Below, in pieces: positions 1 through 9,758 of a stretch of 64,000 bases of DNA. The notes under the pieces are model-generated. The model ran no database searches. It was not told where the DNA came from and was given only the letters and a program-made list of their open reading frames with translations. Every line of letters starts with the position of its first letter. The first letter of the stretch is position 1. Origin of the DNA: an uncultured Chloroflexia bacterium (lineage in GTDB: Bacteria; Chloroflexota; Limnocylindria; Limnocylindrales; CSP1-4); the NCBI GenBank assembly GCA_963752475.1, contig CAVVYR010000029.1, forward strand, positions 96,001-160,000. The letters are read 5' to 3'. A program made the translations under genes and the position numbers.

Positions 1-470
1 AGGAAGCGCGGCGTCTCGACGGGGTTTAGCATCTCCGCCATGAGGCGCACCCCACCCTCGGCGAAGCGGTCAGCAGCGAAGGCCAGCTGCTCAACCAGAC
101 AGTCGTATTGGGCGGACTCGAGCTCCGCGTCAATGCGCTCTCCGGCGAGCGCATTGACCCTGGGCGTGCCCAGGCGTTCGGCGATCACCACGGCCGCTTC
201 GACGCCGTCGCGGAACTCGTCCCGCCGTCGTGGGTCGCCTGCGAATCCGCGCTCCCCCGCTGCGAAGTCGCCCATGGGCAGGTTGAACAGGTCGAGCGTG
301 AGCCCACGACGCTCGAGAGCTCGCGCCAGATCGTCGAGCTCGACGCTGTAGGGATCGAGGAGCTCGATGGTCCGGAAACCCGCCTCGACAGCGCCATCGA
401 GAGCAGCGGCGAGCGGTCGTCCCGGGAAATGGAACGTGACGTTGAGCGAGCACCGAAGGGGCTCAGACAT
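1..470 (-). CDS. Hydroxypyruvate isomerase family TIM-barrel isomerase (partial, runs off the left edge)
   Basis: Not in the ORF track because it has no stop in the window. Hand translation from ATG 470: MSEPLRCSLNVTFHFPGRPLAAALDGAVEAGFRTIELLDPY...LFNLPMGDFAAGERGFAGDPRRRDEFRDGVEAA...VNALAG...AEMLNPVETP, matching Hyi motifs (AGF..vE, FN.P.GD...GERG, E.LN). The start overlaps the P450 stop. Confidence 0.85.
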   Translation of the reverse strand, partial: MSEPLRCSLNVTFHFPGRPLAAALDGAVEAGFRTIELLDPYSVELDDLARALERRGLTLDLFNLPMGDFAAGERGFAGDPRRRDEFRDGVEAAVVIAERLGTPRVNALAGERIDAELESAQYDCLVEQLAFAADRFAEGGVRLMAEMLNPVETPRF

Positions 471-1701
471 CGAACGCGACCGGTAGCGACTCGAGGCCAC
501 GATGGGTGATGCTGGGAGTCCAATCCACGTCATCGGGGGTGAGCTGGAGCTGCGGCAACGACAGCAGTGCCGGGAACGCGATCATGGCCTCCAGTCGCGA
601 CAGCGGAGCCCCTACGCAGAAGTGGACACCCAGGCCGAAGGCGACGTGTCGATTGGGCTTGCGCTCCATGCGGAAGTCGTCCGGCGCGTCGAACAGCCTG
701 GGGTCGCGGTTGGCCGCGCCCAGCATCACGTACAGCAGCTGGCCTTCGCGCAGTCGCTGTCCGTGAAGCTCCGTATCCCCTGCGACGCGACGCCATCCCC
801 GCTGGATGGGGCTCTCGTAGCGGAGCATCTCCTCGATGGCTGAGGACAGCAAGGCCTCATCCGCCCCCTGCAGGCGTCGCAGGTCATCGGGCCTGCGCAG
901 GAGGGTGAGCATGCCGTTGGCGATCAGGTTTCGGGTAGTCTCGTGTCCGGCGATCATGAGCGTCGTGCACATCGAGATGAGTTCGGGCTCGTCAAGCCGG
1001 TCGCCGGCCTCTTCAGCTTCCACGAGGGCGGTGATGAGGTCGTCGCCCGGATGCGCCTTGCGCTCGCGACAGAGGTCGCGGAAGTAGTCCTCCATAGCCA
1101 CGATCGACTCGGCGGAGCGCACGAGATGGTCGTCCACCGCAGCCTTGCCGGAGCGCTGGATGCCGACGACACCATCGGAGAGGTCGATGAGCAGGTCGCG
1201 GTCAGCAATCGGAACACCCATCAGCTCGGCGATGACGATGGCCGGCAGCGGGTAGGCGAACTCTCGCTGGAGATCGGCGCTGCCACGATCCCGGAACTCG
1301 GCGATGAGACCTTCGATGATGGCGGCGATGCGGTCACGTGAGCCTTCGACGACGCGCGGTGTGAAAGCCTTGTTGATGAGGGGCCGCAAACGCGTGTGCG
1401 CGGGAGGGTCGGATTGCAGCATGCCCGAGGCATAGTGGCGTCGCAGCGGCTCGACATAGGGAGCCGCTGCTACTGGCAGCTGATCGAGGTAGGCGCTGAA
1501 ACGACCGGCATTCGAGAAGCGCTGCGGTTCCTTCAGGATGGCCACCACATCCTCGTGGCGCGTGACGATCCAGACACCCCAAGCCTCACTCCAGTACACG
1601 GGTGTCGCCTCGCGGATCTCAGCGAGCGCTGGGTAGGGGTCCTGGAAGTAGGCCGGATCCGTCAGGAGCCTGTCGAAGGCACCCGCGTCCATCGGTTCCA
1701 T
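463..1701 (-). CDS. Cytochrome P450 (paralogue A)
   Basis: SDPPAHTRLR, I-helix AGHETT, EMLR (ExxR), heme motif FGLGVHFCVG. Start uncertain: 1701 or 1692 preferred, ORF open to 1776. Confidence 0.95.
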   Translation of the reverse strand: MEPMDAGAFDRLLTDPAYFQDPYPALAEIREATPVYWSEAWGVWIVTRHEDVVAILKEPQRFSNAGRFSAYLDQLPVAAAPYVEPLRRHYASGMLQSDPPAHTRLRPLINKAFTPRVVEGSRDRIAAIIEGLIAEFRDRGSADLQREFAYPLPAIVIAELMGVPIADRDLLIDLSDGVVGIQRSGKAAVDDHLVRSAESIVAMEDYFRDLCRERKAHPGDDLITALVEAEEAGDRLDEPELISMCTTLMIAGHETTRNLIANGMLTLLRRPDDLRRLQGADEALLSSAIEEMLRYESPIQRGWRRVAGDTELHGQRLREGQLLYVMLGAANRDPRLFDAPDDFRMERKPNRHVAFGLGVHFCVGAPLSRLEAMIAFPALLSLPQLQLTPDDVDWTPSITHRGLESLPVAFDV

Positions 1702-1756
1702 GATCACACCCGAACCGGTTGGCGGGTCGGGGGCATCGCTGAAGCCTGGGGCAACG

Positions 1757-2536
1757 TCATGAGTCGCGGTACCCATGGCTCTCCGGGCCTCTGAAGTCGA
1801 AGGATGTCGAAAGGCCCGCGTCGACCGTTACGACGGCGCCGGTGATGCCTGAGGACTCGTCGCAGGCGAGGAACCAGGCCGTACTCGCGACCTCGTCGGC
1901 AGACAGGATACGACCAAGCGGATTGCGCTCCGCTCGTTCCTCGATCCATGCGTCGGGATCATCGGCGGTCCCCATGGCACGCCGAAACGCCGGCGTGTCT
2001 GTGGTGCCGGGGGCCACGACGTTGGCCCGGATGCCGTCACGGGCGTGGTCGACGGCCAGGTTGCGGGCGAAAGCGATGAGCGTGGCCTTGGTGCAGGCGT
2101 AGGCGATGAGCCCTTGTTCGGCCAACCAGCCATCGACCGACGAGACCACGACGATCGCGCCGCCGCCACCCGTGATCATGTCAGGCAGACACGATTTGGC
2201 GCCCAGGACTGCACCGAAGAAGTTGCCCTCGAAGAGGGCCCTCCATTGGTCCAGCTCCAGCGACACGACGGTACCGACCATGGGTCGCGCGGCATTGAGC
2301 ACGAGCGTGGTCGGCGAGATGCCCAGGCCGCGATAGGTGTCTGTGACCTGCGCCCACGCAGCCGGATCTGCGACGTCACCGACGACCGGATGGAAGTTGA
2401 GGTGCGAGGCGATCGGCTCATCAGGTGGTGAGGTCGAGATGCCGACGACGGTCACGCCCTCGGACAGGAAGCGTCTGGCGCAGGCCTCTCCGATGCCCTT
2501 GGACGAGCCAGTGATGACTGCGAGTCGTGGTTCCAT
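1757..2536 (-). CDS. SDR family NAD(P)-dependent oxidoreductase
   Basis: TGSSKGIG, LNAA, SS, YACTK (YxxxK), NVVAPG, ITG..v.vDAG. ATG 2536 chosen; ORF open to 2569. Confidence 0.93.
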   Translation of the reverse strand: MEPRLAVITGSSKGIGEACARRFLSEGVTVVGISTSPPDEPIASHLNFHPVVGDVADPAAWAQVTDTYRGLGISPTTLVLNAARPMVGTVVSLELDQWRALFEGNFFGAVLGAKSCLPDMITGGGGAIVVVSSVDGWLAEQGLIAYACTKATLIAFARNLAVDHARDGIRANVVAPGTTDTPAFRRAMGTADDPDAWIEERAERNPLGRILSADEVASTAWFLACDESSGITGAVVTVDAGLSTSFDFRGPESHGYRDS

Positions 2537-2565
2537 GGACGGTGCCTCGAGTCGATGCAAGACGA

Positions 2566-2653
2566 CCAAGGACGAAGTGGCCGGAGGATGACGCCAGTTC
2601 GTCCTTGGCCCGGATGTGGCTGACGATGGCTTCGCACGAAGCCATCGTCAGCC
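2566..2653 (-). terminator. Two tandem stem-loops after the solute-binding-protein gene (mRNA stabiliser or partial terminator)
   Basis: GGCTGACGATGGCTTCG-CA-CGAAGCCATCGTCAGCC (2618-2653, perfect 17-bp inverted repeat) and CCAAGGACGAA...TTCGTCCTTGG (2566-2608). No U-tract. Confidence 0.6.
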
Positions 2654-2664
2654 TTGGGTCGTGG

Positions 2665-3627
2665 TTAGTAGGCCGGCTCGTACTCGGACATGTTGTCCGG
2701 GGTGATGACCGGCGAGTCGATCGGCGTGCGGTCGGGAATCTCCTCGCCCGCGAGCACCTTCAGCAGGGTATCCACGGCCAGGGTGCCGTCGATGACCGGC
2801 GACTGGTAGACCGTGGCTGCCATGGCGTTCTCACCCATCAGGTTGAAGCCATCGACGTTGCCGCCGACACCGACGAGGATGACGTCCGAGGCGTCGGCCT
2901 GGGCCAGACCTTCGGCCACGCCCGCGGCCATGGTGTCGTCCTCGGCATAGATCATGTCGAGGTCATCGCCGTGCTTGGTGACGAGGTCGCGGGCGACCTC
3001 GAGAGATCGCTGCTGCGACCAGTCGCCGGGCTGCTGGTCGATGATCATCACCTGGTCGGGACACATCTCGGCGATGCGGTTGACGTAGCCATCGGTCCGC
3101 TCGATCGTTGCCGAGTAGCCGAGAGCACCGGTCACGATGGCGACATTGCCGCCGTCCGGCAACAGCGTCTCGCAGGTGTAGTCAGCGAGGATCTGGGCCT
3201 GCAGGGTGTAGTCCGGGCCGGTGAAGCCGGCGGTCAGTTCCTGGAGGCTGGCGTCCACGCCGGAGTTGACGGCAAGGACGGGCACGCCCGCGTCAGAGGC
3301 TTCCTGCAGCACCGGGCCGATGCCTAGGGCATCTACAGCGATGAGCAGGATGGCGTCGACCGGCTTGGCCAGGCAGTCGCGGAACTGGTCGACCTGCGCC
3401 TGCAGATCGCCCTCGGCGGAGAGCACGGTCACATCGATGCCGTTCTCAGCGCCATAGTCCCTGATCTGCGCGTTGATCTGTGATGAATAGGGGGTATCGG
3501 CAGCGGGTGCCAGCAGGCACGCGCTCGAGCTCATCTCGTCCTGCGCGGCCACCGGGATGGCGAATGCCGTAGCAGCGATGGCCAGGCTTGCCGCCATCGT
3601 GACGAGCTTCAGACCGGTTCGGTTCAT
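2665..3627 (-). CDS. Sugar ABC transporter substrate-binding protein (RbsB-like)
   Basis: Signal peptide ending AAQD; A.gD...Q...; R.dGY; dW; aeDDtMA.G; tvYQsP. SD AAGGAG upstream. Confidence 0.93.
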   Translation of the reverse strand: MNRTGLKLVTMAASLAIAATAFAIPVAAQDEMSSSACLLAPAADTPYSSQINAQIRDYGAENGIDVTVLSAEGDLQAQVDQFRDCLAKPVDAILLIAVDALGIGPVLQEASDAGVPVLAVNSGVDASLQELTAGFTGPDYTLQAQILADYTCETLLPDGGNVAIVTGALGYSATIERTDGYVNRIAEMCPDQVMIIDQQPGDWSQQRSLEVARDLVTKHGDDLDMIYAEDDTMAAGVAEGLAQADASDVILVGVGGNVDGFNLMGENAMAATVYQSPVIDGTLAVDTLLKVLAGEEIPDRTPIDSPVITPDNMSEYEPAY

Positions 3628-3745
3628 ATCAGGATCTCCTTCTTCTGCCCCTTGTGAACGGTGCTCGCGACTCCTCCGATCACGAGCTGGTGAGCTTCGT
3701 CTTCCGGGTCAGTAGTCCTCCTTGCTCGACCGTGATATCGCCGGC

Positions 3746-4759
3746 TCACGCATCTCGCGTCGATCCGAGCTGCGTGGCGGTGACGAGGCGCGAACGCCAC
3801 GAGGTGTAGACAGCGTCGATGAGCACCACGATGACCAGGATCACACCCAGGACCAGGTTCTGGACGTAGATCTCGAGGCCTGCGAGGTTCATGCCCGTCT
3901 TGATGAGGGCCAGGAAGAGCACGCCCATGAGGGTCTTCATCATGGAACCCGAGCCACCCGTCAGGACCGTCCCGCCGATGACTACAGCGGCGATGACCGG
4001 CAGCACGCTGAAGGTGCCCACGATGGGCGACCCGGTATTCAGACTCAGCGCTAGCACTACGCCGGCAAGACCGGCCATCAGGCCGCTGAACACGAAGGCT
4101 CCGAACGTGTAGCGCGATACGTTCACGCCAGACAGCCGCGCCGCCTCGGCGTTGCCACCGATGGCGTAGATGTTGCGGCCCTGGCGGACGCGCAAGAGCA
4201 CGAAGTGGGCAATGAGCAATGCGCCGATGAAGATGACGATGCGCGGCGTGATGAACGTGCCCAGCTGCTCCCACAAGGGGCCGAAGATGGCGCGGTCGAT
4301 GGAGGCGCCGAAGAACGGGTCGATGCCACGAACCGGTGCGGCTCCGGTCAGGGTCATCGCGACCCCGCGTATCCCGATCATGGCCGCAAGGGTCACGATG
4401 AACGAGTTGACACCAGCCTTGACGACGAGGAACCCGTTCAAGGCCCCCACCAGTCCGCCGGCGGCGACCCCGACCACCGCGGCCGGGTACGGGCCCAGTG
4501 GTTCCTGCAGGCCGATGGCCACGACACCAGCGAGAGCGAGGACCGCTCCCACCGACAGGTCCAATTGTCCTGACAGGATGACCACGGTCACGCCGATGGC
4601 CATGAGGCCGTCGATGGACGCTCGCACGAGCAGGTTCTTGAGCGCTGGCGCACTGCGCAGGTCCGGCACGAACAGCAGGAACAGGAGCAGCGCGATGGCC
4701 AGGATGAAGTAGATGCGGTTGTCCGCCAGGAAGCGGATCGTCCGAGGGTTCACACTCAC
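3746..4759 (-). CDS. Sugar ABC transporter permease (RbsC-like)
   Basis: Multiple TM segments; GQLDLSVG, FIVTL, GRNIYAIGGNAEAARLSGV, IAAVVIGGT.L.GGSG. Confidence 0.95.
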   Translation of the reverse strand: MSVNPRTIRFLADNRIYFILAIALLLFLLFVPDLRSAPALKNLLVRASIDGLMAIGVTVVILSGQLDLSVGAVLALAGVVAIGLQEPLGPYPAAVVGVAAGGLVGALNGFLVVKAGVNSFIVTLAAMIGIRGVAMTLTGAAPVRGIDPFFGASIDRAIFGPLWEQLGTFITPRIVIFIGALLIAHFVLLRVRQGRNIYAIGGNAEAARLSGVNVSRYTFGAFVFSGLMAGLAGVVLALSLNTGSPIVGTFSVLPVIAAVVIGGTVLTGGSGSMMKTLMGVLFLALIKTGMNLAGLEIYVQNLVLGVILVIVVLIDAVYTSWRSRLVTATQLGSTRDA

Positions 4760-5745
4760 CGGCGCAACCTCAGGTCAAGCCAGACAGCGACGACGATGAG
4801 GGCGCCCTTCACGATGGTCTGCGACTCGGCCGGGACACCGAGCAGGATCATGAGGTTGTTCAGGACACCGACGATCAGGATGCCCATGATCGTGCGTGGC
4901 ACCGTGCCGGCGCCACCGAAGATGCTGTTGCCGCCGATGGCGACTGCGGCGATGGCGTTGAACTCCATGCCCACACCAGCGTTGGCGCGCGCGCTCTCAA
5001 GCTCGGAAGCCAGCAGGACACCGCCGATGGCCGTGAACGTGGCGCAGATGACGAAGACGCTGATCATCACGCGCTTGACCGGAACACCCGCCGCACGCGC
5101 CGCGTTGTAGTTGCCACCGGTCGGGTAGATCCACCGACCCAGGACGGTGTTGCTCAGCGTCAAGTGGGCGATGAGCGCCACGATGGCCAGGATCAGCAAC
5201 GTGTTGGGGACGAAGGGGATGAGCTCGCCCTGGGCGATGAGTGCGTAGGTCTCACTCTCGTTATAGACGATCCGCCCTTCGACGAAGAGCTGTGCGATGC
5301 CCAGCGCGGCGAACTGGGTTCCCAGCGTCGTGATCACGGGGTTCGTCCGGAAGACACCGATGAGGATGCCGTTGAAGAGCCCGATGACGACGCCCGCACC
5401 GATGCCCGCGATCAGCCCGCCGACGGGGCCGAGGACCGGCACCACCGCGAGAGCGATGATGCCCGAACCAGCCATGGTGGCGGGGATGGACAGGTCAACG
5501 AAGCCACCGCTGGTCGTCACCATGAGCATCCCGAAGGCCGCGAATCCCGTCCACGCTACCGAGCGCAGGATGTTCTCGAAGTTGTCGATGGACAGGAAGT
5601 CGCTCGAGACCACGGCGCCAGCGGCGATGAGCGCGCCGAAGACGAGCAGGATGGCGTAGTTGGAGACGAGAGTCCGCAACCGAGCCGAGCCCGTCACTGG
5701 GACCGTCGTGGTCGACTCCACGCCGGGCTGTGAAGACAGGATCAT
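4756..5745 (-). CDS. Sugar ABC transporter permease (RbsC-like)
   Basis: VDLS, GRWIYPTGGNYNAARAAGV, IAAVAIGGNSIFGGAG; 4-bp overlaps with both neighbours. Confidence 0.95.
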   Translation of the reverse strand: MILSSQPGVESTTTVPVTGSARLRTLVSNYAILLVFGALIAAGAVVSSDFLSIDNFENILRSVAWTGFAAFGMLMVTTSGGFVDLSIPATMAGSGIIALAVVPVLGPVGGLIAGIGAGVVIGLFNGILIGVFRTNPVITTLGTQFAALGIAQLFVEGRIVYNESETYALIAQGELIPFVPNTLLILAIVALIAHLTLSNTVLGRWIYPTGGNYNAARAAGVPVKRVMISVFVICATFTAIGGVLLASELESARANAGVGMEFNAIAAVAIGGNSIFGGAGTVPRTIMGILIVGVLNNLMILLGVPAESQTIVKGALIVVAVWLDLRLRR

Positions 5746-7319
5746 GGTGTAGCCGGCCCGTCGACAGCGGTCTGGCCGGTCGCGGCCATCATGATTCGCT
5801 CTTCGGTAGCGTCTTCGCGACTGAACTCCGCGCCGATGCGACCCTCATGGATGACGAGGATGCGATCGCTCGCAGAGAGCACCTCGACGAGTTCAGACGA
5901 GATCATGACGATCGCGATGCCGTGGCTGGCAAGCTCACCCATGAGCGCATGGATCTCTGCCTTGGCGCCAACGTCCACGCCCCTCGTGGGCTCATCAAGG
6001 AAGAGGACGCGAGGGGTGGCTGCCGTCCAGCGACCCATGACCACCTTCTGCTGGTTGCCACCGGAGAACGTGGCCACCATTCGCTCAGGGTCGGGTGGCG
6101 TCAGGCTGAAGCGCTCCATCATCGTCTCGACCGTGGGCAGTTCTGCGCGCCTCGTGATCCAGCCGGTACGCGACAACTCGGAGAGGATGCTGATGACGGT
6201 GTTGCTGCGGACGCTCAAGCCAAGGATCAGTCCTTCGCGTTTGCGGTCCTCAGGGACGTATCCCATCTTGGCCTTGATGGCGTCTCGCGGGCTACCGATC
6301 TTGACCAGCTCGCCATCGATATGGACCTCGCCGCGATCGTATGGATCGAGTCCGAAGATGGAACGGGCGATCTCGGTGCGTCCGGCACCCACGAGCCCCG
6401 CCAGGCCCACGATCTCGCCGGCCCGGACCTCAAAGGAGATGTCCGCAAAGACGCCCGTGCGAGCGAAGTCTTCGACCTGCAGGACGACATCGCCGACCTC
6501 GACCGTACGCTTGGGGAAGAGGTCGCCCACATCGCGACCGACCATCATCCTGACGATATCGCCAGGGGTGAGTTCGCCGATGGGCTGAGAGTCGACCAGG
6601 GCTCCGTCCCGTAGCACGGTCACGCGGTCGGCGATCTCCATCACCTCCTTGAGCCGATGCGAGATGAAGATCACGGCGATGCCCTCGGCACGCAGCTTGC
6701 GCAAGGTCTCGAAGAGGATCTGCGTCTCGTGCTCGGTCAGCGCCGAGGTTGGCTCGTCCAGCACGAGGATCCGTGGGTCCTGACTGTAGACCTTGGCGAT
6801 CTCCACCATCTGGGACTGCCCCACCGACAGATCGCGAATCAGCGTGTCGGCATCGACCGGTGCCGAGAGGCTGGTGAGCAACGCGTTCGCATCTTCTCGA
6901 AGCCTGCGGCGATCGATGATGCCGAAACGCCCCGTGGGCTGCCGGTCCAGGTAGATGTTCTCGGCAACCGAGAGATCTGGTACCAGGATCAGCTCCTGGT
7001 AGACCATCCCGATACCACGAGCCTGGGCCTCGTGGGGCGTCGCCAGCGCGACCTCGACCCCGTCGATACGGATCGTTCCGGCGTCGGCGGTGTAGGCGCC
7101 GGAGAGGATCTTCATCAGCGTCGACTTGCCGGCGCCGTTCTCACCCACGATGGCGTGGATCTCACCCGGCAGGCACGTCAGGCTGACCCCGTCGAGCGCT
7201 TGCACGCCGGGAAAGCCCTTGCTGATGCCCAGCATCTCAAGGACGGGCGGGCTCTCGCTGGCAGAAGAGGGTCCCCCGGCCGCAGGCGAGGCCGTCTCCT
7301 CGGGGAGGCCTGTATGCAT
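5742..7319 (-). CDS. Sugar ABC transporter ATP-binding protein (RbsA-like, two NBDs)
   Basis: GENGAGKST, LDEPT, ISH, second domain FSGGNQQK and DEPTRGVDVGAK. ATG 7319 lies 7 nt after a TATGGT -10 box. Confidence 0.95.
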   Translation of the reverse strand: MHTGLPEETASPAAGGPSSASESPPVLEMLGISKGFPGVQALDGVSLTCLPGEIHAIVGENGAGKSTLMKILSGAYTADAGTIRIDGVEVALATPHEAQARGIGMVYQELILVPDLSVAENIYLDRQPTGRFGIIDRRRLREDANALLTSLSAPVDADTLIRDLSVGQSQMVEIAKVYSQDPRILVLDEPTSALTEHETQILFETLRKLRAEGIAVIFISHRLKEVMEIADRVTVLRDGALVDSQPIGELTPGDIVRMMVGRDVGDLFPKRTVEVGDVVLQVEDFARTGVFADISFEVRAGEIVGLAGLVGAGRTEIARSIFGLDPYDRGEVHIDGELVKIGSPRDAIKAKMGYVPEDRKREGLILGLSVRSNTVISILSELSRTGWITRRAELPTVETMMERFSLTPPDPERMVATFSGGNQQKVVMGRWTAATPRVLFLDEPTRGVDVGAKAEIHALMGELASHGIAIVMISSELVEVLSASDRILVIHEGRIGAEFSREDATEERIMMAATGQTAVDGPATP

Positions 7320-7435
7320 GCGTGCTACCATACCGGCCCGAAGCCACCCGCACAAGCCGAGCGTGCAATCGAGCCGGCCAGCCGTAGAGGGCGACCCCGC
7401 GGGCAGGGTGGCTGCTGATCCGGAGGTGGCGCGCC

Positions 7436-7750
7436 ATGCAGCACTCGCTGTTCTCGATCCGGCTGGTGCCCGGCACCGAGGAGGAGTACGACCGACGGCA
7501 CGCGCAGGTGTGGCCGGAGATGGTGGAGGCCATGCACGAGTGCGGCATCACCAACTCCACGGGGTTCCGGCGCGGGACTGAGGTCTTCTACTATGCCGAG
7601 TGTGACCCCGACCCCGTGACCTGCTACGGCCGACTGGAGCCGATGGAGGTAAACCAGCGGTGGTCGGAGCACTTCAAGGGCATCGTCAGCGACCGGCTCA
7701 CCGAGGACGGACACTTCCCGTTCCTGCGAGTCGTCTCTCACGTCGACTGA
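7436..7750 (+). CDS. L-rhamnose mutarotase (RhaM/YiiL) family protein
   Basis: EEYDRRHAQVWPEM...GI.N...NQRW...F; SD GGAGG upstream. Confidence 0.85.
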   Translation: MQHSLFSIRLVPGTEEEYDRRHAQVWPEMVEAMHECGITNSTGFRRGTEVFYYAECDPDPVTCYGRLEPMEVNQRWSEHFKGIVSDRLTEDGHFPFLRVVSHVD

Positions 7751-7807
7751 ACCCTCCCCCTGCCCGGCGGGCTTGCCCGGGTCTGCCACTGATCCGGCCG
7801 GCAACGA

Positions 7808-8917
7808 CTAGAACGCCACCACCGTGCGGATGACATGGCCACGCTCGACGTCCGCGAAGGCGGCATCGATGTCATCGAGCGCGACCTCGCGATCGACCAG
7901 CACATCGAGCAGCAGGTGCCCATCGAGATAGGCACGCGCCACCGCCGGGAAATCGCGCTGGGGATGGGCGCCGCCGTAGGCCAGTCGACTGATCGTCTTG
8001 TTGCCCATCATCGTGCCGAAGCGCACTGGCAAGTCATCATCGAGCGGGATCTTCCCGAGCATCGTCAACTCACCTCCAGCTCGTACCAGCTCGAAGGCGG
8101 TGCGCATGGCGGTCGCGTTGCCGGCGGCCTCGAAGACGTGGTCGGCGCCGCGTCCACCGGTCAAGGCTGCGACGACCGACAACGGGTCCTCGTGGCTGAC
8201 ATCGACGCCCACATCCGCACCCAGTCGGCCAGCCAGCTCGAGCCGTTGAGGCGACCGATCGATGGCCACGATCCTTGAGGCGCCCGCCAGGCGGGCGCCC
8301 ATGACCACCGACAGGCCCACGATGCCACAGCCCACGACCGCCACGACGGCACCCGGCGTGCTCGTAGCCGGCGACCGGAGGGCAGGGATCAACCCGGTCG
8401 TGATACCGCAGCCGATGGCAGCGCCGATCCCGAAGGGGAGGTCATTCGGAACCCGCACGGCCGCAGCCTCCGTGATCAACGCATGGTCGGCGTGTGAGCC
8501 CATGAACATGAACTGCTGCACGAGCCCCGAGGTGTCGCTGAGCGGTGTGCGGCCGTCCGGCAGGGTGCCGGCGCCCGCGGCTCGTCCACAGCGCTCACAG
8601 AGCAGTGGCTGACCGCGACTGCAGTAGAAGCACAGCCCGCAGGCGGGGTTCCAGGAGCACACGACGTGGTCGCCCGGAGCGACGTTCTCGACCGTCTCCC
8701 CCACCGCCTCCACGACGCCTGCGCCCTCGTGGCCGAGAACCATGGGTAGCGGCATGGCGATCGCGCCACGCATGACCTCGAGGTCCGTGTGACATAGTCC
8801 AGCTGCGCCCATCCGGACGAGCACATCGCGCGGCCCGGGGTCAGCCAGTTCGAGCCGCTCCACGCTGAGCGGATCGTTGACGGCCCGCAGCACCGCAGCG
8901 GAGACCTGCATCGTCAT
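7808..8917 (-). CDS. Zn-dependent alcohol dehydrogenase (class III/formaldehyde dehydrogenase-like MDR)
   Basis: GLCHTD, GHEGAG, structural Zn C-x2-C-x2-C-x7-C, IGCG, GCGIVG followed by Asp (NAD preference). Confidence 0.93.
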   Translation of the reverse strand: MTMQVSAAVLRAVNDPLSVERLELADPGPRDVLVRMGAAGLCHTDLEVMRGAIAMPLPMVLGHEGAGVVEAVGETVENVAPGDHVVCSWNPACGLCFYCSRGQPLLCERCGRAAGAGTLPDGRTPLSDTSGLVQQFMFMGSHADHALITEAAAVRVPNDLPFGIGAAIGCGITTGLIPALRSPATSTPGAVVAVVGCGIVGLSVVMGARLAGASRIVAIDRSPQRLELAGRLGADVGVDVSHEDPLSVVAALTGGRGADHVFEAAGNATAMRTAFELVRAGGELTMLGKIPLDDDLPVRFGTMMGNKTISRLAYGGAHPQRDFPAVARAYLDGHLLLDVLVDREVALDDIDAAFADVERGHVIRTVVAF

Positions 8918-8942
8918 GAAACGCTCCCCTTCAGGTTGGTGG

Positions 8943-9635
8943 TCAAGCGCGCTCTCCTTGCATCATGGGACCGTTCGTCAACGCCCCCCACGCCGGCCAT
9001 CGGCGCACCAGCTCCGCCATCGCCTCGTACCCCTCGTCGGTCGGGTGGATGCCATCGCCGCCTCGCGTGGCCCGCAGCCAGCGTTCGTCGGCACTGAGTG
9101 GATCGAAGACCGACAGGTACGCCACACCGACATCGCGCGCCACCGATCCGAGCCGAACGTCGAGCGCACGGATGTCGTCGTTGGCCGTGATCTGGAGCAC
9201 GCCGGGGACGAGCTGTGGTCCGGGTCGTGAGTCATCGATGGGTGCCGGCCCGATGAATAGCGTGGGCTGCAGGGTGTGGGCCTCCGTGAGCAGCGTACGT
9301 GTGTTCGCCAGGGTCACCTCGGCCTCGACGCGGCGCTCTGCACGCCCATCCTGGTACGTCCGCACGGTGCAGTCGTTGAGCCCATACTGGAAGACGATGC
9401 CCCCGGGGAAGAGCTGTGGCAGCCGTGCGTCCGTCTCTGCGTGCCACCGGCGAGCTACATCCACGGACGTGTCGCCTCGCACGCCGAGATCATAGATGGT
9501 GAGGTCGGCGCCCTCCGCCAAGGCCTCGGCCGCGATGCGTCCTGGCCATCCCAGGGCCCGCTGATCGCCGGTCCCAGCGGCGATGGAGTCACCGACCACG
9601 CAGACTCGCAGCGAGCGAGATGTGGCCTCAGCCAC
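8943..9635 (-). CDS. SGNH/GDSL esterase
   Basis: GDSI, LGVRG, GLND, DGIHP. Confidence 0.92.
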   Translation of the reverse strand: MAEATSRSLRVCVVGDSIAAGTGDQRALGWPGRIAAEALAEGADLTIYDLGVRGDTSVDVARRWHAETDARLPQLFPGGIVFQYGLNDCTVRTYQDGRAERRVEAEVTLANTRTLLTEAHTLQPTLFIGPAPIDDSRPGPQLVPGVLQITANDDIRALDVRLGSVARDVGVAYLSVFDPLSADERWLRATRGGDGIHPTDEGYEAMAELVRRWPAWGALTNGPMMQGERA

Positions 9636-9674
9636 TGGCCGAAGACCAGCCGAGAGGTGGCCTCTTTGTTGGTG

Positions 9675-9688
9675 TGTATGCTCGCATC
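9675..9688. promoter_or_regulatory. Putative operator TGTAT-N4-GCATC, copy 1
   Basis: TGTATGCTCGCATC in the divergent SGNH/URO-D promoter region; the same pattern occurs at 10983 and partially at 7311. Confidence 0.5.
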
Positions 9689-9758
9689 CTAGGTACGATA
9701 CACTGGTCCCACAAGGGTCGACTCAGCACCCGACAGGACATCCAGGGAGGGTGGAGCG

